Of a DNA stretch of 64,000 nucleotides, positions 33,666 through 46,419 are shown in pieces. A program made the position numbers and the translations under genes. Position 1 is the stretch's first letter. Each line of letters begins with the position of its first letter. A model generated the notes under the pieces. That model had not been told where the DNA came from and did no database searches. It saw only the letters and a program-made list of their open reading frames with translations. Source of the DNA: Nemertoderma westbladi (lineage: Eukaryota; Animalia; Xenacoelomorpha); contig JAUCBJ010007152.1 in NCBI GenBank assembly GCA_032718475.1, positions 1-64,000 on the forward strand, read 5' to 3'.

Positions 33666-34197
33666 TGTAAACAGATTCAATTCCCTGCACTACCCAGCGG
33701 AAAATGGAGAAAGTGGCTTTTTACCAATTATAGTTGGCCAGGTGACATTAGTAATATAATGTCACCTAATAACCAACACAGGCAATACACATTGCCAGCC
33801 ACAAGCAGAGATGAGAGGCCGTAAACCATCTCAAGGGGACAAAGGGGCTATCACATAGGGATAATGGCACCACCATATGAAGAGATTATAGGTTAGCCAA
33901 TGATGGGTCAGAAAACCATCTATCTGATTATTACTTTAAAACTGTTAAATCTGATTATTGGCTAGGCCACCTAATAGTAGGAATATTCAATATGTGTTAG
34001 TAATATAACCGTTACACTTATTACTTGTTATTCAGTTGGTCTGTGTAAAGTTGGGAAGCAAGACGGTTTTAACTGTTGTCCTCGTCTTTAACCGTGCTAT
34101 TATTATGTTCTGCTTGTGCTATTATTATATTCTGACATTATGAACAACTGCCACTAAAACTCACTTGGCTATTATTCAACCGGCCTTCGGCCTTACA
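33666..34197 (+). repeat. Putative LTR of a second BEL/Pao element
   Basis: TGTAA...TTACA termini, directly upstream of a BEL gag remnant. No partner copy in the window. Confidence 0.45.
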
Positions 34198-34367
34198 GAC
34201 TCAGATATTGCTAAGCCTTTCAGCAGCCCACGGACGCAGCGACGCGTATAGCCCGAAAGCGAACACATCTGGTCGGGATTCCCACGCCAACTCAGGAATC
34301 CCTTCACAGTTAAAACTGCTTAGTGAAACTTCAAACTCAAAGAAACTGTGACGAAAACACGCCAATG

Positions 34368-36800
34368 ACAATGAGCGAACAACAGCCCCAAGGTCCAGAG
34401 GGAGAAGGAAGACCACCGCGCACCCCGAGCGATAGAGACCAAACGATTCGGGAGCCTGCGACGAGGCGGTACCGGCCCACCACACCAGATTCGCCAAGGA
34501 GAGAGGGTTTGGTGGTTGAAGAGGACAGCGGCCGAGTAGAGGGGAAGAGGGATATGAGTCGGAGCGAGATCAGAGTGACGAACACAGTACCGGAGTCGTA
34601 CGGCCTACCAGTGGCCGAGGGCGGCGAGCGGCCCACTGAAATGACAACGGTGGGGCCGACGGTACGACCTCGGACGAGGAGAGAAGGTCAAGTTCAGGGG
34701 GAAGACATCGGGACGAGCGATCGCCTACGATGAGGGTACAATGCCATGAGGAAGCTACTAAAGGATGCTAAGACCGGAGGAAAGGTAGACCAGCCCAAGT
34801 TGTACCGGAGACTCGGTGAGTGCAATAAACATTTCCACTACCTAGTCTGGTTTGTGCAGGGGGAACTAGCATGTGAGAGGGCGAGGGGGGTCGCCTCAGA
34901 ACTGTTCGAATTGTGTCGATCCAAGATAATACCACCTGGTATAGTTTACGTAGGGCCTTATCTAGTGGATGCACGGGAATTAAGTTAGTGGGATGGGCGG
35001 ATTCACACGATGCTGAACCCGAGGTTAACCCTGTAGATTCGGTGTCGTCAGTTAGTAGAAATGCTAGCAAGCACAGCAAAATTAGTAGAATGAACAGGCA
35101 ATGGGAGTCTGTCGCAACCGAAATGTCCGCTACATCCTCCGCAAAAGCAAGAAAGATGTTAGAGATAGATCTGGCGTGTCAGATAGACATAGTTGCGTTA
35201 GACCAAAATGAGTTAGAGAGACAGTTGGATGATGGGACTGCATTGTTAGAAAGGAAAAGGGAGTTAGCGAGAGAATGTAAAGAGAGGGCCGAGAAAGTGG
35301 CTAGAGAGTATAGAGAGAGGGCTGCAAGGGAAGCAAACGAGTATAGAGAAAGGGTTGAGAGGGAAGTTGAGTTTAAAGAACGGGAGGTGAGTGAAGTGAA
35401 CGAGCGTAAAGAGTGAGAAGCGAGAGAAACAGAGTTAGCCGACCAGAGTATTAGAGAGGACAGAGAGAGAGAAAGGGCTGGCAAAAGAATGCGGGTTGAA
35501 ATGCATACCTGGTTGAGGGGGTTAATGCAGGATCAGGCGAAACAAAAGCACCGATTAGAACTGGCAAAACTGGGTTTATCAGCGAGTGAGGCTGGTTTGA
35601 TAAGTATTTATGAGGAACCAGGGGTCATGGAAACCTTTGTTAATACTCCACTTACAGGGACTGGATGGCAAACACAAGACTGGTGTAACCAGACGGATGG
35701 GGGGGGGGGGGGGGGCTAATGACATTACGTTTAATGAGAAGGTTAATATTAATAATACCGTACTTAATAATCCTAATACTAATGAGGGTACTTTTCTTAC
35801 AGGAAATAATGTTTTGATGAATAATAATAATATTAATGCTGGTACGGTAAATAATTCAAATAATTGAGTAAACGTATAATTGAGTACAAGGCCGCGTGGA
35901 AACGCAGGTCAATGAACCCAGGGAAACTACAAGCGACGTATCGACTGGAAGAGAGCATGGGAGAGAGGGGAATGGGGAGCAACCAGAAGTGACAGGTGGG
36001 GGGGGGGTGGCTACGGGCACTCCACCACAACCAGTTATTGATGAGAGGGGGGGGGGGGGCAATAAATTCCCTACAGATGTCAGTGGGAAATGCGCATAGT
36101 GAGTCAAGTGAACCGGAGAATAGAGGAGAATGGAGGAGAATAGAGGGTCAGCAAATATCTACGAGGCCGTACAACCGGGTAGGGGAAGAAGCATTCATGC
36201 CGTAAATGGCCAAACGAGAGAATGTCGAACCCATTCGGAAGATGGAAGGAGAAGAGTAGGGTTCATCCGGGAGGTCGATACGAGATCTCATGAATGTAGA
36301 TATAACGCCGGAAGTAAAGGATGTGAGGGGGTCGATAGGGATAAGCAAGGAAATGTTGCTACGGGCAACCAGAGGTGTTGAGATAGGACGGACAGTGAAC
36401 CGTCGATAGTTGAAGTGGAGGGAGAGAACCGGTGGGGTTGCACTTCGGGAGATTGCCATAGCCCCGAAGGAACACAGCCTGGCAATGTATATTACACACT
36501 GGGAGAGGGGTATAGAATATACCGAGATGAAGTAGATGAGAGAAGAAGGGATTGAAGGGCAACTCCCATTTGGAATGTAACTGCTGATCGACGATATGGT
36601 GGTTGCAGGGAGGAGTTCTCGGAATATTCGAGAAGATTAAACTTTGGTCAGGAGGACCACATTCAGACTGCAGTACATACTGCAGGTCTTACTGAACATA
36701 CTATAGGCTATTCTGAGAGAGATAGTGTAGGTGATAGGGTAACGCGAATGCCAGGATTGGACCCAGAAGTCGCGGCTTACATACCGGTGAGTTTATATCA
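34368..36800 (+). pseudogene. Degenerate BEL/Pao gag N-terminal region
   Basis: VNPVDSVSSVS...SSAKARK followed by an E/R-rich coiled coil. Many stops. Confidence 0.55.
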
Positions 36801-36844
36801 TGTCCCCACCACAATGTCTAAACGGTGGATAGTGAGGTCTCACT

Positions 36845-37640
36845 CTAGTGGTTGACAATGGTGCCATTTCCTATATGGCCCTCTCCTTATTCATCCGCTG
36901 ACATGTCTGGCACTGCCTCACTACTGCCTTTACCATCTTTCTAAGTTGAGTTACCTAGTACTTCCTCCTGATCTCGTTTAAGGTCGCATTAGTACCACCA
37001 TGAATTATGGTCTTATGGGCGTCCCATATAATCTGGTGAACTATTGGTAACTTGTTAGGAATTATTACTGGTTTTGGTGGAACCAAGGCATTGGTGTTAT
37101 TGGCCACTCTGGAATTCATTACCAGGATTCCATCCTCATCCAGTTGCGGCGACAGTGTGTGGATCCTGCTGTCTTGTCGAAGACGTTGTTGGTTCTTAAT
37201 ATGTTTAGTTTTGTCTTCGAATGCCTTACCTTGCTCGTATCATATTACGACTTTGACAGCTCCTTCAAGATCAATGGTAGGTTTGGATTTCCCAACGTAC
37301 CAGCTCCCCCAAGGAATTCTCCATAAGCTCTCAGATATGCCACTAGCTTCTTAGTCTTATACCAGATAAAGGTGTAACTGCGTAACCTATCCTTTGGATT
37401 ATCGTTTGATTCTATCGTCTTAGATTGTGATGGCGTTTCCTTAATCTCCCTCGCTAACTGGCTGAATATCTCTTCTCCCTCCGATTCGTTTCCCTCATCC
37501 TCCACTATTACTTCCTCTCCCTTTGGATTTACCTTCCTCATTGGTGGCCACTTCGACCTATCGTTGAGGAAGTGTGGACCATGCTGCCACAACTCTTGCT
37601 TTCCCAAGAAAGCATGGTGTTGTATGCCTCTCGATAGCAA
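36845..37640 (-). pseudogene. Inverted BEL/Pao pol fragment (end of RNase H to integrase zinc finger)
   Basis: SRG...LWQHGPHFL...KWP and W.K..KLVAY, homologous to the pol at about 14060-15550. Confidence 0.75.
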
Positions 37641-37660
37641 GCTGATGGCATATCGATGGC

Positions 37661-38110
37661 ATATCTGAGAGCTTACGGAGAATTCCTTAGGGGAGCTGGT
37701 ACGTTGGGAAATCCAAACCTACCATTGATCTTGAAGGAGCTGCCAAAGTCGTAATATGATACAAGCAAGGTAAGGCATTCAGAGACAAAACTAAACATTT
37801 TAAGAATTATTGGAAAAGGTGGATTCAAGAGTACCTACCAACGATGTACAAAAGAAGCAAGTGGAGAAATAATCAGAGGAAGCTTAAGAATGATGATTTA
37901 ATAATTGTGACATGATATGATCATCAACAATCACTGGAGGCTGGCCAGGGTAGTTCAATGTTACTCTGGTGACGATGGAAAGATTAGATCCGTGGAGGTC
38001 AGGATCGGAGGAAAGATTGGGGCAAAGGATAGGAAGACCTACAGGAGGGCAGTAGGAAAGTCCATAAATTGTCCAATCGTCCAATAAATTGGACTGTGGA
38101 GTGGGAATGA
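37661..38110 (+). pseudogene. BEL pol piece, integrase C-terminus and PPT
   Basis: 37661-37806 is the reverse complement of about 37193-37338. It is followed by YWKRWIQEYLPTM.KRSKW and the purine tract GGAGTGGGAA. Confidence 0.7.
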
Positions 38111-38174
38111 GGGTGAAACACCCTTCCCACACAAATGAAGCATAAAAATAATAAAATAAAAATATAATTATGTA

Positions 38175-38580
38175 CATACGTCCGATGAGTACAAACATAC
38201 TAACGTACATACATACATCTGATGAGTACACCTGTACTAAGGTACATACTATTTAGGTTTAGAGGAACATTACATACATCTGATGATTACAAATGTAGTA
38301 ACATACATAGAAGGTACATCCGATGAGTACACCTGTACTAACATATAGAATATATAGGAATAGATGGACATAATTACATATGCTCAATGAGTACAACCAT
38401 ACTGACATACACACACACGTACGTCTGATGAGTACACATGTACTAATGTACATAATTACATAAGCACTAATGCCAGGTCAATGGGACCAATTAGTAGTAC
38501 ATAATACATACTATATTTAGGATTAGATAAGTACACATTACGTACGTCTGATGAGCACTAAGTGCTAACGTACATAATAT
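38175..38580 (+). repeat. Array of about 7 CTGATGA-stem-loop units
   Basis: TC(T/C)GATGAGTAC-N4-GTACTAA variants near 38181, 38218, 38279, 38320, 38385, 38424 and 38547. Confidence 0.75.
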
Positions 38581-38610
38581 GCACTAACGCCGGGTCAATG
38601 TGACCATATA

Positions 38611-39338
38611 AGTAGTATATGTTTGTATGACACAGCATCAAGGTCACCCATAGCCCATCATTACCATCCATTTCCAGTACTGCATCCAATCAGAAGCCAC
38701 CATTTCAACCTTTACCAGTGGTCGTTATTATTTCATCCAATCAGATGCCAGCATTTCATTCGTAACCATGGTAACTTCTCAAGTTCCCGCTTATTCCGCT
38801 AGAGGCGTTATTAGTCACCCAACGCTAGTACTGCATCCAATCACCAACCTTTATTTTACAGGTGTTCGGGTGTCTACACTTAGCATCAGGTAACTTCTAC
38901 TATTTTTCAAATCGCTATTTTTCAGCAACCAGTATTTTCATATTCACCAACCTTTATTTTACAGACGCTAGGGATGTCTACAGGTAACTTCTACTATTTT
39001 TCAAATCGCTATTTTTCACCAACCAGTATTTTCATATTCACCAACCTTTATTTTACAGACGCTAGAGGTGTCTACATGTAACTTCTACTATTTTTCAAAT
39101 CGCTATTTTTCACCAACCACTATTTTCATATTCACCAACCTTTATTTTACAGGTGCTACGAGTGTCTACAGGTAACTTCTACTATTTTTCACCAGTAACT
39201 AAATTTAATTTTGCAATTTTTTCAGATAACAAAATATTCAACCGGGTTCGAACTCGGGACTGCTATAACTCCTCACAACTCACTACTCACTCTTCCATCC
39301 AACCTCGAGAGAAAAAGGCGATAAATATCCGAGTTATA
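38611..39338 (+). repeat. Left TIR (728 bp, four ~94-bp internal units)
   Basis: Reverse complement of 56751-57289, plus two extra 94-bp units. Confidence 0.93.
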
Positions 39339-40064
39339 ACAAAATATTCAATCGATGATTGATATGATATGATATTGTACTGTACAGTACGTAGCCTAAC
39401 CTAACCATCCAATCGTATACCTACCGTAGCTATGATGGTTACTCTTCCTTTCACTTTTTTTCTCTCCCTCTCTCTCTTTAGTGTTGTTTATTATTGATTG
39501 ATTGTTGTCATCTCAATGATTTCCTATCCACCCTCCCACCCGGTACTTGTCCACGTTGCTGTACCATCTTGTTTTGCCACATTTCTCAACTCACTCTTCC
39601 ATCCAACCACGAGAGAAAAAGGCAATAAATATCTGAGTTATACCATAGTCATTGAATTCTTCATCTTCATCACTGGTAGCAGATGTTTATAAATAGCATC
39701 TAGTCCCTTAACATAATTACTATAGCATAGAATACATTAATTCGACTATTAATAATAATCGATTTCTTTTATCATTGTATATGTGACTGGTCGGTCAACT
39801 AAGTTGAATATAAGTTAGACATTGTTCACGTTGCATCTGTTACTCGTTACTGCTATTTCACTCTCTAACTCACGCTAATGTAATAAATCAACCATTAACC
39901 TAGAAGGATAATTTTAGCTGTACACTTGCATCTGTTACACGAAACTACTATATTATTCACTGTAAGTCACTCTGTTGTAATAAAGCAACCATATAAACTG
40001 AAGTTTTACATTCTAATAATCATTTATTTAGTTTTTATTTTTCAAAATAGTTTTCATTCTAATT

Positions 40065-41109
40065 TTGGATTTATTTAAAAAAAGTTCAAGCAATACTTGG
40101 AAATTTACATGTAATAAATATACCTGTAGTATTGTTTATGGCAAGTACTTTATATTACACTCAAGCGATAGCAATGTAACAACATGCTTCTCTTACCGGG
40201 ATACACTCTACCTTCTAGACACCTTAGAAATATTAATCAACCGACAAAAGGAATCATCAGTTTCAAGAGGTAATATTTATCCTAATATAGAATTTACAAG
40301 AGGAAAGTTAAATATTTCCACCTGCGTTATTACTGAAAACGTATATATTCAGAAGCGAGGCAAATGTCAAATTCTAAACAAATCACTCATTAATTTATTG
40401 CTTCAGAGTAAGACAAAAATATTAGAATTGTTATCACCACCACTCGAAATAATAAATCAGTATTATGTTGTTAATTTAACCAATCCATCTTTTGTTGGTT
40501 TGGTAAGCAAATATAAAGGAACGGCTTATATGGGACTATGGGAGATTTCAGCTAGATATTCTGATGCTATTGGTCTTAGGGTATTATAATGGGTTTAACT
40601 TAACAGCATCGGAAGTAAATTCATTGTGGTATGAATGGAATTATGAAATTAGTAACGAAGGTGTCTCTTCAGAGCTAGATACGAGCGATAAAGCTTTATC
40701 TGACCGACTTAAAGTAAAAATAAATGTACAAGAAAAAAAAGTAATTATTACAGACAAGGAAAGCAAATATTTACAGTTACATTACGATAAAGACATACCA
40801 CATATAGAGTTTCTCAACGATATGATGGAAAAGGTTTCATCAACTGATATAGCAGATGGTTTCGTGATTCTATATCAACCAACTTGGAAGTTTAAGGTTA
40901 ATAAGTCATTTCCAGAAGCAGTTTCATCCACATTTAATCCAAAAACATACATCGAAGAGACATCGAGTGATAGAAAGCTCAGATCTACGTCTCAAACATC
41001 TTCCAATCCCAACAATGATTCTATACCTACAAAGAAAAGAAAAGTTACAAAAGCAAGTGAAGAGGTAGCAGATTACAATAAGGAACATATAAAAGCAGTA
41101 TCAGATTGA
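40065..41109 (+). pseudogene. Maverick ORF, frameshifted near 40585, possible PC4/Sub1-like ssDNA-binding segment
   Basis: LVSKYKGTAYMGLWEI...GFNLTASEVNSL resembles PC4 (VSV..FKGK..IDIRE...GISL..EQW..L). Confidence 0.4.
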
Positions 41110-41660
41110 TTTATTATTAACTAGAGACTTTTTTTTCAGTTTCACACTGACTAGTAAAGGTAACTTTTTTACACAAAGCATGATTATTATTTAGTAGATG
41201 AGTAAATTCTTTATTGAGTAAATATTGGTGATAGTTTATATTTAATGTGAGCATGGGATTAGGTATAAAACATTCGCAAGTAAATGCATGAGTTTATACC
41301 TGATATTATAATAAAACATTAGCATGTAAAACCTACTTTATCAATGAAAATTAAAAACGCATTATGCACATCTTGGTTTAGACTTGATTTTATTATAAAG
41401 AATTCAGTTGTAAAAGCAACTTTATTTATGATATTAGTTTCCAATGTAACTGTTATTTATGATTGGTTGGTATAAGTAGAAACTTGAAATATATATAAAG
41501 AGCTCAACTGATTCAATCGAGCTCATTCTGAAAATATTAAATTAATTAAAGTTTAGATATTATATTTTATTTGTGTTGAGTAGCTTATGAATTTTTTTTT
41601 GATTATATATATACTACAATATTCATATTAATTTTAAATTGTTTTTAGGATAATAAAGAG

Positions 41661-44600
41661 ATGGATAAACAATTGAAATGTCCATTTTGTCCTCTTCAAA
41701 TTTCTAAACGAAATTATTTAACTCACTTGAAATCACATTTTCAAGAATACAATTGTTTTAATTGTCAAGTGAAATGTTCACGTGAAGAAATTTGCAAATG
41801 ACATGAATCAACTACGGGTTGTAAAGAAATGAAGTTTTGCGTGTATGAAAAAACTTGCCCTACTTGTAATAAAGAGTATTTATATGAGAATTATTTACAT
41901 CATGACTGTCACCAACGTTATTATCATGTTAGACCACCACGATGGAACCAAAACAATACTGTCGCATCTAGAAAAAGACTGAAATCTGGTCAAGGTCCAT
42001 CAATTTTTAGCCTCGAACGAGCCACACACGATAACCGTTTAGAAATCTATGTTTACAATCTTCCGAATGATGAAGATTTTCCTGATATTCATTCATCGAT
42101 ACTAAAAATTCTTCCTCATATTAAAAAGTTATTATTAGGAAAACTTAGCGAAATGAATGTACTTAGACCCTGGCTAGGTGTGAATATACTCATGTATCGA
42201 TCACATTTTTCAGAGGGTGACCAAGAAGAAACTTTCTATTTTAGTTCTTCAGGTGGTGCAGTTAATACCGTAGATTCACATGAAAGTTTCTATATTTGGT
42301 TTGAGTATGTACTAGAAAAATTAATGCAAAAAATAGCCATGTTTAACACTCGTGGCTCAGGGTGGCGCGTTAAATCTTTATTAAGAGTGGAAATTAAAGT
42401 AGCTGAATCCAAGTCTAAGTCACTGGAATATAAAGGTCACGGTTATATGGAGTTACCTAAGGCTCTATCGAGTAAACAATGTGTTATAAATATACAAACG
42501 GCTGATAATGACTATTTCAAATGGGCTATTATAGCCACAAAATTTAGTAGCAAAGTGAAGATAAACAAAAACCGTACTTCGTCATACACAGATTACATGA
42601 ATCATTTGATTTTTGACAATGGGAACAAAGATTATCCAACAGAATGGCAGCTTGCAATTAAACTTTTTGAAAAACAGGATTCAGCATATATAATTAATTT
42701 ATTACTCTACGACAACAATCGAGTATCTATATTAAGACAGGCACCATTTAGTAAAATCACTCCAGATAAAGAGTTATTGAATATATTACTTGTAAAAAAT
42801 AAGAATAAATCAAAACAATCACATTATGTTTGCATAACTAACTTGAATCGCTTGATGAATACAAGAGGTAAGCATATTGGATGTAGGAAATATTGTGAAC
42901 GGTGTTTGACGCATTTTTACAGCAAGGATGTTCTAGAATTTCACCGTCTTACTTGTTATCAAGGAAAAAGTCAAGTTGAGAAGCTACCGTCTGAAAAAAG
43001 AACTCACATTAGCTTTAGAAATTTAGACAGAATATTACCAGCATTGTTTGTAATATATTTTGACATAGAATCTATTTTGGAGCCAGCTAGCAACAGTAAA
43101 TTTATTCAGAATCATATTCCATGCGCTGTAAGTTATTTAATTGTCCCTAGTAGCGAATTAATCAATCCACCAAAATTTTATTTGAAGACCTTTACAAAAA
43201 CAATTGACAACAACTGTATTCAAGACTTTTTAGACTCTGTATATAATGACATCACCCAATTATATAAGTGGTCAGAAACTAACACGAGAGAAAAGATGAT
43301 ACTTAATGATGTAGATAAGTTAAGTTTTTGGGAAGCTAAAACTTGCTTTTATTGCAATGTTTTATTTAAGGATAAATCTGAGAAAACAAACATCACGCAC
43401 ATATTACTGGTAACTATATAGCAGCAGCTTGTAACGCATGTAACCGCTCTTTATCGTTGAAACGACACATGTATATACTCGCTGCACACAACTGCAATCA
43501 CTACGATTTGCATTTTCTTTTACAAGTTGGGTTTACCAATAACAGATATTCCGATTGGTATATAAAGGTAATCCCTAAAAATTCTGAAAGGTATATTTCA
43601 CTAAGTATGCATATACCGGTGAAAGATCAAAAAACTAAAATTGAGCTATGTGTCTTAGACACATATCAATTTTTATCCTTTTCCCTAAGTACCCTTAAGT
43701 ATACTAAGTTATAGTTACTACTAAGTAGTATTAAGTATTAAGTTACTACTAAGTTATCCTTTTCCCTTTGTTGATTGTTCAACAAAGGATATAGATAGCG
43801 AGGATATAACATCAGTTCTACCAATTACTGAACAGCAAATGAAATATTTTTATCCGAAATTAAATAATGCAACAATTAAACGAAAAGGTATATTTCCCTA
43901 CGAGTATCTGACAGATTTAAATAAATTCAATGATTCGAAATTACCATCAATAGACAAATTTTATAGTAAATTAACACAAAATACCTGTACATCCAAGGAA
44001 TATAGTTTTGCCAACACATCATGGAGTCAGTTTGACTGTTCAAATCTCAAGGATTATCTTTTAGCATACTTAAAACTCGATGTTTGTCTCCTCGCTGATA
44101 TATTTGAGAACTTTAGGAGAGTATGTAGACAAAACTACGAATTAAAAGTAGTTTATTATTGCAGTATCGCAGCTTTCACTTATGATTGCACCCTGAAATA
44201 CAATAAATGTAAGTTAGCATTAATAAAAGATTACCAAACATATAGAGATTTTGAAGCATCTATTAGAGGAGGGGTTTCATTCTGTCGAAAGCATTACATA
44301 GAATCAAATATACCAGATACTGATAGTTATGATCCAAGCAAGGAAGAGTGTCATATTTTCAATATAGATTTTAATTCCTTGTATTCGGGTAATTTAAGTA
44401 AAAAGCTACCTGTTTCAGGTTTTGAACAACTCAACGTTACATATTTAGAGAATGCTGCTCCAGAAGAACTAATAAACTATTTAACAAATCTTGATACTGA
44501 AGGGGATATTGGGTTTTTCTTAATTTGTGATTTGAAATATCCCAAAGATATTCATGATCGTATATTAGAACTACCCTTAGCCCCAGAACATTTAAGTATA

Positions 44601-45746
44601 AATGAGACAATGCTTTCACCATATATGAAAGATCAATTTAATAATGTATGTAAACAAAGAGGTACTAATAGCAAGTATAAGATGTGTGCACCAAAACTTA
44701 TATTGACACAATTCGATAAAGAATTCTATCATGTAAATTTAAAACTGTTAAAATTTTATATAAAACAAGGTTTAATTGTTACTAAGCTCCATAAATTGTA
44801 TTCTTTCCATCAAGACTTTGTATTTAAACCCTATATAGATTTTAATATTAATCAAAGACGTTTAGCAAAAACTTATATTGAAACAGTTGTTGCAAAGCTG
44901 CTGAATAACTCGTTATTTGGTAAAACAATAGAGAGGATACGAGATCGCTGTAATTTCCGTATCGCTAATAGCAATGAGAAATGCAATCAATTGGTGAAAC
45001 GTATAAATCACGAAAATTTCATGATTTATAACAATTCCTTATCGGGATACTTATTAGTGAAAGACAGCGTGACACTAGATAAACCAGTCTATGTAGGTAG
45101 TACTGTCTTGGATTTAGCCAAACTTGATATGTATGAGCTGTACTACGATAAATTGCTACCTATTGAGAAAGAATTAAACTGCCGAATTGAAATTGTAGCA
45201 TCAGATACAGACTCATTAATTGGTTGTTATTATAATACATCGCAGAATAATTTCTTAATAGCATTAATTAAAAATAATATTCTAGATACCTCTAATTACC
45301 CCAAGGATCACCCTCTCTACAGCGATAAAAATAAATCCAGACTCTATTACTGTAAAGACGAGTTGTGCTCACAAGAGATTAAACAAGCAGTATTTTTACG
45401 TCCAAAGTTATATTCAATTTTGGAATGGAATAACAAAAATATTCGTAGAGCGAAAGGAATAACAAGAGCTGTCGTGGATAAAAAAATTTGCCACGAAGAT
45501 TATTTAAGAGCATATAAGGATAACGAAGAAATTTCCAAGGAAACGCATCAATTTCAGAGTCAATTACACAAAGTGTACACTGTAGCACGAGATAAGTTTG
45601 CTCTCAGCGCATTTGACGATAAACTTTATTGGGTTAATAAAAATCATTCACTTCCCTGGGGTCACTATCAAACAAAGGTTGTAAAACCAATTAAAAAAAA
45701 TATACCTATTTATCGGGAGCCAAACAATGAACTATCAGATAGTTAA
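41661..45746 (+). pseudogene. polB: Protein-primed family B DNA polymerase with N-terminal extension and endonuclease VII-like zinc motif; three lesions
   Basis: FDIES, HNCNHYDLHF, RKGIFPYEY, YLKLDV, DFNSLY, KLLNNSLFGK, SDTDS, KGI. Lesions: TGA at 41799, frameshift near 43390, insertion near 43697-43769. Confidence 0.93.
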
Positions 45747-46281
45747 TAAGAATGTAAGTTGCCAGCAAGTGTCAGCAATTAATTTGAAAGAATAAAAAAA
45801 TCAATTATCTGGTAAACATATACTCAAACCAAATCAGTTTATATATAAGATATTTGGTGCCACATTATTAATATTTAAAAATGGTCGTATTACATTATTA
45901 GGTAGTAAGTATAATTTCCAAAAAGTAAAAAAGCATATATTTGATAAAACAAGTATTAATTTGATTTTAATATCTGTTAATTTATGTACTTATATTTTTA
46001 GTATTAACTCTGTAGTCTATAGGTTATTGATAAACAATACCGGGTTTTATGTTGTCTTTGATAATGTACAACTTCAAGTTATATATGAACCTGAAATTTT
46101 TAATAATTGCAAAATAAGAATAAATAATACCGTAGTCATTTGCTGCTTTCATACCGGTAAATGTACTTTAATGTGTTCACCTAGCAAATTTCACATTTAT
46201 TACCCTATATTTAGTAAACTGGTTAATTATTTATTAATGTTTGGTGTTGTGACTTTAGGTGTAGAATATATTGGTAATTAG
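45727..46281 (+). pseudogene. TATA-binding-protein-like ORF (184 codons, one internal TAA at 45793)
   Basis: Two TBP-like repeats: YQIVN.NVS..INLK..ATLLIFKNGRITLLGSK and YEPEIF..KIR..VICCFHTGKCTL. Confidence 0.65.
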
Positions 46282-46419
46282 AAGGTAAAAATTAAACATT
46301 ATTATTTTTCAATCGATCTATCGGTAGTTAGGGAAAACTAACCTCGTTTGAATAAGCATGACTCTCACAGGCTGACTGCGCGCCTAGCTGACAGTAGCTG
46401 CGAGGCTGACTGTGTGACT

